Shown: positions 1-13,389, counted from the stretch's first letter. The stretch: 64,000 nucleotides of DNA from Takakia lepidozioides (GCA_030704615.1 CM060731.1:2666001-2730000); one strand, 5' to 3'. A program made the numbers and translations. Notes: generated by a model from the letters alone, not told the origin.

Positions 1-831
1 GAGGAAACAGAAGAACAGAGAGTAATCCATCATCTTGAAACCAGCAAATCTCCAATTGAATATGCTATCCATGTCCATCTATGACAATGCATAGATCATA
101 AAGGAGATTCAGGAAGCACTGAAGAGCGACCAATTTGCTACGACACTATGAAGTCAACTAAATCAATCTCGAGACAACCCACACGTTACAAACGACTTCG
201 AATTCAAAGATTACTTACTTTATTTTAAGGGATTTCTCTATGTACCTCCAGGACCTACACAACTGCAAATTCTTCAAACATGTCATGATCTTCCGGCTGT
301 AGGACATTTCGGCTTCAACAAAACAAAGGAATTGATATCCAGGGACTATTGGTGGCCGTAGATGTGGAAACTCGTTAAAGAAGTTATAAAATCTTGCGAC
401 ATGTGTGCTAGAGCGAAGGGACCATGACATCGACCTTACGGCCTTCTTCAACCATTACCCATTCCCAAGGGGCCATCATCGTCCGTGTCTATGGACTTTA
501 TTACAGACCTTTCAAGTTCCAAGACCACCGATTCAATCCTTGTTATTATAGATCGTTTTACGAAGATGACACATTTCATTCCATGTAAAAAGACGGTTAC
601 CGGCGACCAAATTTTGGAGCAGTATCTTCGCTGTACGATAAATTATCACCAAGATAATTGGACGGATCTTCTGTCATTGACTGAGTTTGCCTACAACAAC
701 ACTATACATTTCTTCGACCAAGCAAACTCCATTTTTTTCCAATTATGGTCATCATCCCCGAGCAAACCCTTTCCACATGAAGACTGTTGGAGGCCCTGCT
801 GTAGAAAACTTTGCTACTCATCTTGCTACGA

Positions 832-2409
832 CCACATTTTGTTGAGCTATATTGATGAACATTTCACATGCATCCTTTATGCTCCTACATTTGAAATGCA
901 TTTCAGCAAAAGCAGTCTCCAGAATGGTATCTGATGCAATTCCAACAATGTTGATGTCAGCATGGACCATTCTGCCCCTGTCCCAGGGCAGCCAGGCTAG
1001 CACAAGCGCCGAGAATGCACATGAACGTGACTTCGACAAGAGCAGTCTCCAAGATGACATCTGGTGAGATTCCAGCTTTGATCAGTTCAACATGGACCTC
1101 TTTGCTCTATTCTCAGTTTCCTAGGCTGGCACGTTGTTAGGCATCAACCCTTTGTGCGTCATTTGCTCATACATCCCAAGGGCCTCTCTACCACACCTAA
1201 GCTGAGTATATCCTGCGGTCATTGCACTCCATGTTACTTCATTTTGTTCAGTCATATTGTCGAACACTCCCTTCGCATCCTCAATGCACCCACATTTGGC
1301 ATACATATCCACCAGAGCACTGTTCATAATGACATCTGGTACAATTCTAGCTTTGACAATGTCACCATGAACCTCTTTGCCCTTCTCTAGGGCTGCTAGG
1401 CTTGCACATGTATGTCAAACACCAACAAACGTCAGGCTTCACCCCTTCCCACATCATACGCTCGTAGGTCTTTATAGCCTCCATCCCGCGCCCCTGCTGT
1501 GCATATCCTGCGATCATGGCACTCCAAGACACCACATCTCGATCGGCCATATGGTCGAACACTCCCTTTGCATCTTCACTACTCCCGCATTTGGCATACG
1601 TCCACGAAGGAATTCTTCATGATGACATCTGGAATAATTCCAGCTTTAATGTCCAGGGCTGCCAGTCGCGCACACGCATTGCAAACACATACAAAAGTAA
1701 CCTGGTCTGGCTTCACACCTTCCCGTATCATTTGCTCATAGGTTTCCAAAGCCTCGACCCTGGCACACCCATGCTATGTATATCCTACAATCATTGCACT
1801 CCAGGACACCACCTCACGTTCCGATATTTTGTTGAACACTCCCTTTGCAGCCTCGATGCTCCCACATTTGGCATACATGTTCATCAGGGCAGTGTTCAGA
1901 ATGACATCTGGTGCGATTCCAGCTTTGACAATGTCTCCATGGACCTCTTTGCCCTTTTCCAGGGCTGCCAATTGCGCACACGCATTGCAAACACAAATGA
2001 ATGTGACCCGGTCAAGCTTCATCCCTTCCCACATCATTTGCTCATATGTCTCCAAAGCATTCCTACCACACCCATGCTTGGTGAATCCTGCCATCGTTAT
2101 ATTTCACGTGATCAAACCTCGTTCAGGCATTCTGTTAAACACTTGATGTGCATCCACGATGCTCCCGCACTTCATATATATGTTGACAAGGGTGTTGTGT
2201 AGAAAACGTTGGGCTTCAATCCCCGTTGGATAATGTGAGCGTGCACCTGCTTCCCACCTTTCAAGTTGATGCACTTCTGCAAGAGACAGACATAAGTATC
2301 TGAATCTGCTGAAATGCCTCCTTGGTTTAAAAGAGCCTCTTTCAGTCGCCCTGCCTCACATAACATCCTCACACTTATGCAAGAGACGGACATAAGTATC
2401 TGAATCTTC
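832..2409 (-). pseudogene. PLS-class PPR gene fragments inserted in the integrase of retrotransposon copy A
   Basis: P/L/S motifs (VVSWSAMIAGYAQQGRGMEA; VTFICVCNACAQLAALEKGKEVHGDI; VILNTALMNMYAKCGSIEAAKGVF) broken by stops and frameshifts. The block replaces the ~240 bp that is present at ~8492-8730 in copy B. Confidence 0.9.
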
Positions 2410-2738
2410 CATCCAGTCTTTCATGTTTTATTATTGGAGTTGTATCATCCATCGAATATTCCAGGGAGAGTCTCCGTACCACCTCCACCAATCGAAGTCA
2501 ATCAGAAAATTGAGTATGAAATCGACGAAGTCCTAGACTCTCGCATCAAGTATAAACGTCTTGAGTATTTCGTACATTGGAAAGGCTACGACATCAGCGA
2601 ACGAACGTGGGAACCTTCATCCAACCTCGCCAATGCATCTGACAAAGTCCAAGAGTTTCATCAACGATATCCAGCTAAGCCCCGAGCTACACGTCAATAA
2701 GACGTCACAACGATGATGTCAGCCAAGTTAGCTTCAAG

Positions 2739-3248
2739 GTGAAGACTCCACATTCAATGTACCTGATACACGTTAAGGAGGGAGGAGCACCACACATCAA
2801 TATATATAACTACTCTTCCAGCACTCTTGCATCTTGTATTGGCAGCATGAAGTCACAGGAACCAGATACATTGGAGTTGTCGCTTACCCAACTATCAGAT
2901 CAGTCGTTTCGACTCTCACGACCTTCAACATCACGCCGACGCTCTCAAGACGATGGGCCACCAATGCGACGCATACTTCCTCGTCTGGACCCTGTACGAC
3001 GGCAAGTGGAGCCTACTCGAAGTCTGATAATTCTGTTGGAGGTTGAGGCTTCGGACCCAAAGGGCAACGAAATCATGTTAGAAGGCAACTTCGAAAATCA
3101 AAATGTTCAAATTACTGCGTGGTCCCAAGTTCAAGGTGTTGGACACTATCGATGGTTGCAGGGACCTATAAATCATTTGAGTCAAGAACGAAGAGCCGAA
3201 TACTTGGCAAGTACTATTCGCCGGATTTTGGATTTTCTCCAACTCTAA
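2739..3248 (+). CDS. Extra ORF of unknown function between the chromodomain and the 3' LTR (first ATG-initiated part may be shorter)
   Basis: 169-codon open frame, also open and the same length in copy B (9063-9572). No recognised domain. Confidence 0.4.
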   Translation: MKTPHSMYLIHVKEGGAPHINIYNYSSSTLASCIGSMKSQEPDTLELSLTQLSDQSFRLSRPSTSRRRSQDDGPPMRRILPRLDPVRRQVEPTRSLIILLEVEASDPKGNEIMLEGNFENQNVQITAWSQVQGVGHYRWLQGPINHLSQERRAEYLASTIRRILDFLQL

Positions 3249-3302
3249 GCAAGTCCAAGATTTTACCTCTCCTCGAGAAACTCAGCGCTGGAGGAGGGGT
3301 GA

Positions 3303-3920
3303 TGTCACGGACATAGCCCAAAGGAACTTATCAAGAGTAAATACCAGAAGTTACCAAGTTACCGAAAGTTACCATGACTTATCGTGATTTACCCTTATCT
3401 ATCATGATTTACCATTACTTACCAAGTTACCGGGAGTTTACCAAATTACGAAGAGTAACTTGGGAAACTGCTCAGGAAGCTTCCTTTAGATGAAACTTCT
3501 CCATCAAGATACCTCCTTTGTTTAAGGAAGCTTCTCCATAAAAAAACCTTTGTTTAATCTTGGAAACTTCTCCAGCAAGAAACCTCCATAGGGGAAGCTT
3601 CTTAGGAGCCAGTATATATAGGAGGCGAGACTGGACACTCTTTAGTCTCGCCAACACCAGTTCAAGCTACTCTTGTTTCCAGTTTCCAGTTCCCAGTACT
3701 TTAGCCCAGTTTCCAGTATCTGGTACTCCAGTCCAGTTTCGAGCATTCCAGTATTCAAGTCGTGTTCCAATATCTTGTATTCTTGTTCATTGTTATAAAG
3801 ATCGTCTTGATTCATATTTACTCATCGTGCATATGGCCACGCCGACCTTGACTTATTGTCTTGTTTTGTACCTCTAGTCTGATCTCTTGTTTGTGTTTAG
3901 TCATGTTCTCGTCCTTGACA
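3303..3920 (+). repeat. LTR (618 bp) of the Tcn1-like element
   Basis: TGTCAC...TTGACA termini and a TATA box at 3613-3620. Homologous to 6642-7250 (inverted) and 9628-10271. Confidence 0.95.
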
Positions 3921-6624
3921 ACAGCGGAAAATTTGCGAGAACAAAAACCAACAGGGTGAAGTCGGCCATCCGTACCGTATTGAGAGAGTATAGCGTCAAG
4001 TGCAAAGTCCGATGCATCTGCTTCCAAGAAGAATGGTTTAGATGGGTCTACATGTACCAGTATTGGAGTCGTTGTAAATGTCTGCTTCAGCCTTTCAAAT
4101 GCCTGGTCAGCCTTCTCATCCCATACAAATTTGTCATTCCCTGTGAGTCGTGTCAATGGTGCAGCAATTTTGGAGTAGTCCTTGATGAAGATTCTATAGA
4201 AATTTGCAAATCCCAGAAAACATTGTACATCTCGGACCGAAGTTGGTTTAATCCACTCGATAATGGTTTGTATTTTCTTCTGATCCATAAAGATGTCTTT
4301 GTCGGAAATAATGTAGCCCAGAAATTCGACCTCAGATTGATGGAAAAGACATTTTTCCAACTTGACATATAGTCCTCTTCCTCTTAATTTATCAAGGACA
4401 AGGCGTACATGGCGGCCATGATCTTCTTCATTCTGTGAAAATATCAAAATGTTGTCCAAATAGATGACTACAAAGTCATCTAAAAATTCTCGAAAGATGT
4501 CATTCATCATATATTGGAAAATTGCTGGAGCATTTGTAAGACCGAAAGGCATAACACTGTATTCAAAATGTCCATACCTTGTTCGTCTCCTTCTTTTATC
4601 CGTACAAGGTTATAAGCTCATTTCAAGTCAATTTTGGTAAAAATCTTTGCTCGTCCCAGCTGGTCGAGAAGCCCATAAATCAATGGCAACGGATAACAAT
4701 TCTTAATTGTGACTTTGTTGAGACCGCGATAGTCTACACACATGCGTAATGATCCGTCCTTCTTTTTCACAAACTAGATAGGCGCCCCCGTATGTGATTT
4801 TGAATGTCGGATGGAGTGCTTTGACAAATTTTCATCAATGTATTCATGTAATTTAGCCAACTCCGTTTGGGATAAGTTAGAGATTGGGCCGAATGGTGGT
4901 TGGGCTCCTTCTTGTAACTCAATTGCACAGTCATAAGGTCGATGTTCTGGCAATATGTCTGCATTTTTCTTTTCGAAGACATCTTTGAAATCTTGATATT
5001 GAGCGGGTAATGTTGAAGTACCTTTGTCTGTTGTGGTCTTGATCGGAGTCGCATAAAGTGCAAATGCCGCATCATTTTTGGTAGCTCTCATGAAAGCTCT
5101 AGCTCCAAGGAACAGGGGTTGAATACCTTTGATATTTCTACATTTTTGACTCACAGAAATTTTTCGCGATCGCCAATCGATGTCAGGATTGTGAAGTACG
5201 AACCAGGGAAGTCCAAGGATCATATGATTCGTTGGAGGCTGGATGACGTTAAAAACAATATGTGATGCTTGATCTTTAAGCTTCACTTCAAATGGTCGAG
5301 TTTCATAGTCCACATTTCCTGATGCTAACGGTCGTCCATCGATGACTTCAACGGGGGCCGAGAGTTTTTTCTTTACAAGCGTTAAATTGTGTTGCTTCGC
5401 AAAGTTTTTGTCAATAAAATACGCTGAAGCGCCCGAGTCCAAAAATGTTTCTACGGAGATATCTCGATTTTGCATCCTGATTTTTACCAGAGCTGAGAAG
5501 CACGATGCAAGGTCTGGAGGTAGAAAGAGACATTTTTTTGGTGAGGAATTTGGGGTGTCTAGCCGCATGGTCCCTACTGTGACTGGACATCTTCGTTTTC
5601 CGACCTCCTCGTATCGAACACTTGAGTTGTGCCCCGAGCTTTGAATCTTCTCTTGTTGGGGCAGTTTAATGCTATGTGATCTTCTTCTCTGCAATAGAGG
5701 CATAATCCATTTGAGCGCCGTCTTTGTTTTTCTTGTGGCGTCAATGGCTTGAATCGGACAGCATCAATCTGCATAGGATCACTACCGGATGTCTGATGGA
5801 TCGTTGTGTTTGGTGCCATAGTAGCAGCGGCATGATGAGTCGTCGACCATCCAGATCGCTTCTCTTGACGTCTTTCAAACAAACGATTATCGCATGCAAT
5901 GACTTGGGTGATGAATTCACTCAGTGTACTTACGTTTGGCATTGTCAGCAACAAATCTTTTATATCATCTTTTAGCCTACATCGAAACTAACTAATGAGG
6001 CTCTTCTCATTCCAGTCAATGTCGTAATTCGACAGCATAAACGGAAGCAGGACGTGCTCATTGTCGAAGATTTCGCATCTTTGTCTCTGCAACTCTCTCT
6101 CTATCATTCTCTCCAAACGTTGCAGTGAAGTCGGACATGAAAGCTTCAAAATTATATAGTAAATGCGAATTTTTCTCTAATAGCGGTGCAAACCAAGATA
6201 GGGCAGTGCCTGATAAAAGGGTGCCCACGAATTCCACTTGAATACCTTCATCGGGGTAGCGTTGTGGATGTAGTCGTAGGAACAATCGTACTTATTGAAC
6301 AAAACCGCGAAATCTTGATCTCGTCCCATCAAATTTCTCGGGCATACTGACATTTGGTTCCCTTGTAATCTGTTGAAGATTTGGAGCAACCGTTGTAGTA
6401 GGATTTGTTGTAGTAGGGACTCGTAAGGTTGAAGATCCATTGTTCGACTCCTTCAACTCGGAAATTTGTTGCAAATTGCTGAGAGTGTTGCCAAGATCTT
6501 GAGACTGATCAGCTTGTAGTTGGGCAGTAGAGGCACGAAGTTCTTGCATCTGGAGCTGAAGACTCTGTAATGTGACAACCATTTCCGCAAAAGTGCCTTC
6601 TATCTTAACTAATTAAGGGACAAA

Positions 6625-6640
6625 CTTTAGTCTCGCCAAA
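6625..6640 (-). promoter_or_regulatory. Putative self-priming primer-binding site
   Basis: Minus-strand TTGGCGAGACTAAAG just inside the LTR. It is complementary to CTTTAGTCTCGCCAA (3640-3654), which lies ~27 nt after the start of the LTR TATA box. Confidence 0.75.
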
Positions 6641-6641
6641 C

Positions 6642-7250
6642 AGTCAAGGACGAGAACATGACTGAACACAAACAAGAGATCAGACTAGAGGTACAAGACT
6701 AGACAAGAAGTCAAGGTCGGCATGGCCGTATGCACGATGAGTAAATATGAATCAAGACGATTTTTATAACAATGAACAAGAATACAAGATATTGGAACAC
6801 GACTTGAATACTGGAATGCTGGAAATTGGACTGAAGTACCAGATACTGGAAACTGGGCTAGAGTACTGGGAACTGGAAACTGGAAACAAGAGTAGCTTGA
6901 ACTGGTGTTGGCGAGACTAAATAGTGTCCAGTCTCGCCTCCTATATATACTGGCTCCTAAGAAGAAGCTTCCCCTATGGAGGTTTCTTGCTGGAGAAGTT
7001 TCCAAGATTAAACAATGGTTTCTTGATGGAGAAGTTTCCTTAAACAAAGGAGGTATCTTGATGAAGAAGTTTCCTCTAAAAGAAGCTTCCTAAGCAGTTT
7101 CCCAAGTTACTCTTGATAATTTGGTAAACTCCCGGTAACTTGGTAAGTAATAATAAATCACGGTAAGTCATGGTAACTTTCCGTAACATTGTAACTTGAT
7201 AACTTTTGGTATTTATTCTTGGTAAGTTCCTCTGGGCTATGTCCGTGACA
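6642..7250 (-). repeat. 5' LTR (inverted) of the Tcn1-like element
   Basis: Reverse complement of 3303-3920; begins TGTCACGGACATAGCCC on the minus strand. Confidence 0.95.
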
Positions 7251-10200
7251 GCTGCAGAGATCAATTATGAAATCCATGACAAGGAACTTCTAGCGATCAT
7301 CGATGCTTTTAAGGAGTGGCGTCATCTACTGGAGGGAGCTAAACATCAGGTCACTGTCTACACCGATCACAAAAACCTCGAATATTTTATGAGTGCTCGT
7401 GTTTTGAATCGACGTCAAGCCAGATGGAGTATGTCACTAGCAAGGTTTAATTTTGTTAACATCTTCAAGGGAAACCCGATGCTCTTTTTTGACGATCATA
7501 TCTTGCGCGAAAAAAAAAGAGGCAGCTTTCGACCAACAGAAATCCATCATCTTGAAACCAGCAAATCTCCAATTGAATATGCTATCCATGTCCACCTATG
7601 ACGATGCAGAGATCATAAAGGAGATTCAGGAAGCACTGAAAAGCGACCAATTTGCTACGACACTACGTAGTCAACTAAATTGACCTCGAGACAACCCACA
7701 TGTTACAAACGACTTCGAATTCAAATATGACTTACTTTATTTCAAGGGACTTCTTTATGTACCTCCAGGACCTACACGACTTCGAATTCTTCAAACATGT
7801 CATGATCTTCCGGCTGTAGGACATTTCGGCTTCAACAAAACAATGGAATTGATATCCAGGGAATATTGGTGGCCGCAGATGTGGAAACTCGTTAAAGAAT
7901 TTATAAAATCTTGCGACACGTGTGCTAGAGCGAAGGGACCACGACATCGACCTTACGGCCTTCTTCAACCATTACCCATTCCCAAGGGTCCATGGTCGTC
8001 CGTGTCTAGGGACTTTATTACGGACCTTCCAATTTCCAAGACCACCGATTCAATCCTTGTTATTGTAGATCGTTTTACGAAGATGACACATTTCATTCCA
8101 TCTGATCGAGTCCATGAATGCAGTAGATATTATTGAGGAAGAGTATCTGATCGAGGACCACAGTTCATATCAAATTTCTGGAGGGGATTATCTCATATAT
8201 TGGATACTAAGATCAACCTCTCTACAGCTAATCATCCACAGACTGATGGTCAAACCGAACGTGTAAACCAGATTTTGGAACAGTATCTTCGTTGTACGAT
8301 AAATTATCACCAAGATAATTGGACGGACCTTCTATCATTGGCTGAGTTTGCCTACAACAACACTATACATTCTTCGACCAAACAAACTCCATTTTTCTCC
8401 AATTATGGTCATCATCCCCGAGCAAACCCTTTCCACATGAAGACTGTTGGAAGCCCTGCTGCAGAAAACCTTGCTATTTATCTTGCTACGATTCACAAGG
8501 AGCTTACATTCCACCTCGCATAAGCTCAAAAAAAATATAAGGAGTATACAGATCAACATCGCCAACTCCAACCCTAGTTCAAGGTCGGAGATCGTGTGTG
8601 GCTTCTTCGACGAGACATACAAACCTCGCGTCCATCAAGGAAGTTGGATTATCAACGCCTGAGACCATTCAAAATTATTCGACAAATGAATCCGATCAGT
8701 TTTCGGCTTGAACTCCCATGAAGTATGCGCATCCATCCAGTCTTTCATGTTTCATTATTGGAGTTGTATCATCCATCGAATATTCCAGGGAGGGTCTCCG
8801 TACGACCTCCACCAATCGAAGTCAATCAGAAAATTGAGTATGAAATCAACGAAGTCCTAGACTTTCGCATCAAGTATAAACGTCTTGAGTATTTCGTACA
8901 TTGGAAAGGCTACGACATCAGCGAACGAACGTGTGAACCTTCATCCAACCTCGCCAATGCATCTGACAAAGTCCAAGAGTTTCATCAACGATATCTAGCT
9001 AAGCCCCGAGCTACACGTCAATAAGACGTCACAACGATGATGTCAGTCAAATTAGCTTCAAGGTGATGACTCCACATTCAATGTACCTGATACACGTTAA
9101 GGAGGGAGGAGCACCACACATCAGTATATATAACTATTCTTCCAGCACTCTTGCATCTTGTATTGGCAGCATGAAGTCACAGGAACCAGATACATTGGAG
9201 TTGTCGCTTACCCAACTACCAAATCAGCCGTTCCGACTCTCACGACCTTCAACATCATGCCGACGCTCTCAAGACGATGGGCCACCAATGCGACGCGTAC
9301 TTCCTCGTCCGGACCCCGTACGATGGCAAGTGGAGCCTACTCGAAGTTTGATAATTCTATTGGAGGTTGAGGCTTCGGACCTAGAGGGCAACGAAATCAT
9401 GTTTGAAGGCAGCTTTAAAAAACAGAATGTTCAAATCACTGCGTGGTCCCAAGTTCAAGGTGTTGGACACTATCGATGGTTGCAGGGACCTATAAATCAT
9501 TTGAGTCAAGAACGAAGAGCCGAATACTTGGCAAGTACTATTCGCCGGATTTTGGATTTTCTCCAACTCTAAGCAAGTCCAAGATTTTACCGCTCCTCGA
9601 GGAACTCGGCGTTAGAGGAGGGGGTGATGTCAAGGACATAACCCAAAGAAACTTACCAGGAGCAAATACCAGAAGTTACCAAGTTACCATGTTATCGGAA
9701 GTTACTATGATTTATTATGATTTACCATTATCTACCATATTTTACCATTATTTACCATGTTACCGGGAGTTTACTAAATTACGAAGAGTAACTTGGGAAA
9801 CTGCTCAAGAAGCTTCTTTTGGATGAAACTTCTCCATCAAGATACCTCCTTTGCTGAAGGAAGCTTCTCCATCAAGAAACCTTTGTTTAATCTTGGAAAC
9901 TTCTCCGTCAAGAAACCTCTATAGGGGAAGCTTCTTAGGGATAACTTTTTAGGGATCTTCTTAGTAGCCAGTATATATAGGAGGCGAGACTGGACACTCT
10001 TCAATCTCGCCAACACAAGTTCAAGCTACTCTTGTTCCCAGTCCCAGTACTTTAGTCCAGTTTCCAGTATCTGGTACCCCAGTCCAGTTTCCAGCATTGA
10101 GGTATTCGAGTCGAGTTCCAGTATCTTGTACTCTTGTCCATTGTTATAAAGATCATCTTGATTCATGTTTACCCACAATGCATTCGGCCACACTGACCTT

Positions 10201-10271
10201 GACTTCTTGTCTAGTCTTGTACCTCTAGTCTGATCTCTTGTTTGTGTTCAGTCATGTTCTCGTCTTTGTCA
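7251..10271 (+). mobile_element. Chromovirus 3' half, copy B: RNase H end, integrase, chromodomain, extra ORF, PPT, LTR (9628-10271)
   Basis: Begins [17 protein letters not shown]. Integrase zinc finger and core, HPVFHVSLL, chromodomain at 8725-9024. LTR TGTCAA...TTGTCA. Confidence 0.93.
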
Positions 10272-13200
10272 GTAATTACGCTTATGTTTATCAAGGCGGC
10301 AGGAGGCATAGGCAATGGCATGCTCCTGACCATCCTGAATCTGGCTCAACACTGCAGAGATAGCCAAATCACTGGCATGAGTTTGCAAGATAAATGGCAA
10401 GGTAAAATCAGGATAAACAAGCACAAGAGCAGATGTTAGTGCAATTTTGAGCCTCTCAAAGGCGGATGTTTCATCAGTACCCCACACAAAACAAGCATCC
10501 TTGCATAACAAGCAAGTGAGTGGAGCAGGTAATTTGGCAAATTGGAAAATGAAGCGACGATAGTAAGAACCCAAGCCCAAGAAGGCCTTAATACATGTTT
10601 TATCTCTAGGAGTTGGGTAGTTCCACACAGCCTGGATCTTAGTTGGGTCAGGACTGATGCCAGCAGCAAAAAGCAGATGGCCCAAGAAATGGAGCTATTC
10701 CATACAAAAATCACATTTTTTGGCTTTAACTTTAAGCCTGGCTACACGAAGTCTACACACAACCCGCTATAAATCCATAAGATGAGCATCAAACGTTGTA
10801 GAATAAATGTTGATGTTATCAATGTAAACTAAAGCACATTCTCAATGAAGGTTTCCTAAAACAATCTGCATAAGGCGCTAAAATGTAGCAGCGGCGTTGC
10901 AAAGGCCAAAAGACATTGTTTCAAATTGGAAGAGGCACATCCTGCAGGTGAAGGCAGTTTTCTCCTTAGCAGCAGCAGTTAAAGGAACTTGCCAAAAGCC
11001 AAAGGCTAAATCCAATGAAGAGAGGATAGTGGCCCTATTGAGTTGATCTAGCGTTTCGTTAATGCGTGGCAAAGGGTAGACATCTTTCTTTGTGATGGCA
11101 TTTAAACGCCGAAAGTCTACGCAAAAACGGGTTGAGCCATCCTTCTTACCCACTAAGACAATGGGACCGGCCCAAGGGGATATGGAGGGGGTGATCACAC
11201 CAGCATCAAGCATCTTGGTAATTTCTTCATGAATGACTTTACGCTCACGAACACTCTCCCTATAAGCATGTTGTTTGATAGGCTTACCATCCGTGATGAT
11301 GTCATGATCCAGAAAGGTGGTGCGGCCTAAGTCATGGGGCCCTTTACTAAAGATGTCGAGATTGTCACGGAGAAACAGGTGCAGGCGACTAATCTGCGGG
11401 GGAATAAGGTGATCACCCACTTTGATATCCTTTAAGACCTGCTGGAAATGTTGCTCGTGCCCCAAGGTCCCCATCAGTATGCTCTACACATTTACCATCA
11501 CTAGCCAGATGAGTGTGTTTTGTATTGGTAACTTTAGACAGGCCTGCCTTGGCAGCTTTGAGACGTAACCTTTCCTCAATCAATTCCACCATCTCATCTT
11601 CAGTGGTGTAAGTCTGTTTTTGCAGAAACACTTTCTCAGCAGGGGGCAAGCCCTGTACAAAACAATGTTTCAAAATAGTAGGTCTCTCTGAGGCAATTAG
11701 AACTGACTTACAGATTGCAGTTCGCAAGTCAGTGTAGTATTTCCATACACTGTCGCCATAATGAAATTTTAAGTCTGGTGTGGTGTAAGCTATGGGTTTT
11801 TCTTCACGAAAGAGCTTGCGAGCCAATTCTCTGGCTTCTACCCAAGTAAGATCATTATTGTCCTTAATATTGGACTCAAACACTTGGAACCGTGGGGGAA
11901 CTCTATTCACTACAATAGATGAGCGTTTTTATGACTGCAAATATGACTATTTTTTCAGTCCTATATGCGTTCATGACTACATGACTCTGAAGTGAAAAAA
12001 GCGGCGTGATAGCGACTAATCTTTAGGACTGCGTTTTGCAAGTCATAGCCGTGACTGCGTGCGTGGCACCTGGAGTCATGCAGAAGAGAGTGATGTAGTC
12101 ACAACTCTATAACTTACATATGACTAACTATATGACTACATTGTCTGCTGAGCGTTGCCTACATGGAGAGGCTTCAGTGGAACACGTGCACCACTGCGCA
12201 AACGACACGTCACACATTCGTGAAGGGATCATATGACTATATGTCTGCACAACGATGTCTACATGGAGAGGCGCCGGATGGACACGTGCGCCACTGCGAA
12301 TTTGACACGTCATTTTTAAAATATTTTTGAATAATATTTTTAATTTTAATCAAACAAATTACAAAATTACAAAATTTAGATTATTAATTGATTTAAATTC
12401 TTCATTATATTTTTGGGAAAATAGAATGGAAGGCCAACGGGGCTTGTACAAGTCGTGCAAATCATATTACAAAATTCCAAATTGGACAAGCATCCCCGCG
12501 GATGCCTCAAAGTCTATTGCGGAGCAAAAATTAAGCAAACTGACACAAGGGCAGAAGTTTTTTAGTACTACTACAGTTCTGGTACTACTAGAATGAAAGA
12601 CTCTATTTACAACTATCGAGTGCAATACTCCTTACAACTGCATTTGGCCAACAACTCCGAAACGAACTTGGTGGCAGTGTGGCAATCACCACACACCCGA
12701 AGATTCTTCACGAGATGGAAAGACATCCCTGCAGCTCATCAGCCCAAAACCTCGATTGTCCCACCATTGATTGGGGTCAGAAAAGTTCCACAGCTTCTCC
12801 TCGTCTCTGTTACCTGTTTTTGGATACTTTCGTGTTGTCACGTTGGCAATTTCATGTCAAAGTCACTCCAAACTATCAAAGGTTCACTCAACCAGCTAAC
12901 TTGCAGAATTCATAATGAAAATTGAGGGCCGATTCTGATAAGAGGGAAAAACAGGGTGAAATGTGTTGAAGAAGGTGCCTTGATTAACAGTGCCTGATTT
13001 GATCAATTGTGTCGCTGCTGCTGTGGCTTCCAGTTGACCATCTATCCATGTAGGTTTCTGGTACCTATTCTTCCACAGCGAATCATAGGTAATCTGGAGC
13101 ATGAAATTCGGCCTTCTTGGATGAATCTGGACCCACACTCTATCCCTGCTCCTTCAACTATCCATACCTCTGCACAAATCATGCATACATCCTCGCCTTG

Positions 13201-13389
13201 CTTCTAGCAGCTGACAATGACAGCCTAGAATTGTTCCAGCAAACTCCCCAACCCTACTTATCACACTAGTTCCTATGCTCAATTGCATTTGCTACTCTCT
13301 ATAATCCAACAGGCGTTCACCTTCTTGCCTCGATTGTCCCACCATTGACTGGGTTAGAAAAGTATTCATTCCACAGCTTCTCCTCGTCA

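Larger units (their letters stand above)
1..3920 (+). mobile_element. Ty3/gypsy chromovirus (Tcn1-like), 3' half, copy A: degenerate integrase, chromodomain, extra ORF, PPT, 3' LTR
   Basis: Integrase motifs (SMDFITDL...VIIDRFTKMTHFIP; QILEQYLR...EFAYNN). Chromodomain EYEIDEVLDSR...YFVHWKGY...TWEP at 2434-2700. Purine tract GGAGGAGGGGTGA directly before the LTR. Near-duplicate of 7530-10271. Confidence 0.93.
3921..7250 (-). mobile_element. Inverted 5' half of the same chromovirus family: LTR, gag, protease, RT, start of RNase H (degenerate)
   Basis: Gag with SDPMQID and CLYCREEDHIALNC zinc knuckle. Protease [21 protein letters not shown]...YLDN. RNase H EADASDFA...CSRKFSA, cut at 3921. Frameshifts present. 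Confidence 0.93.
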
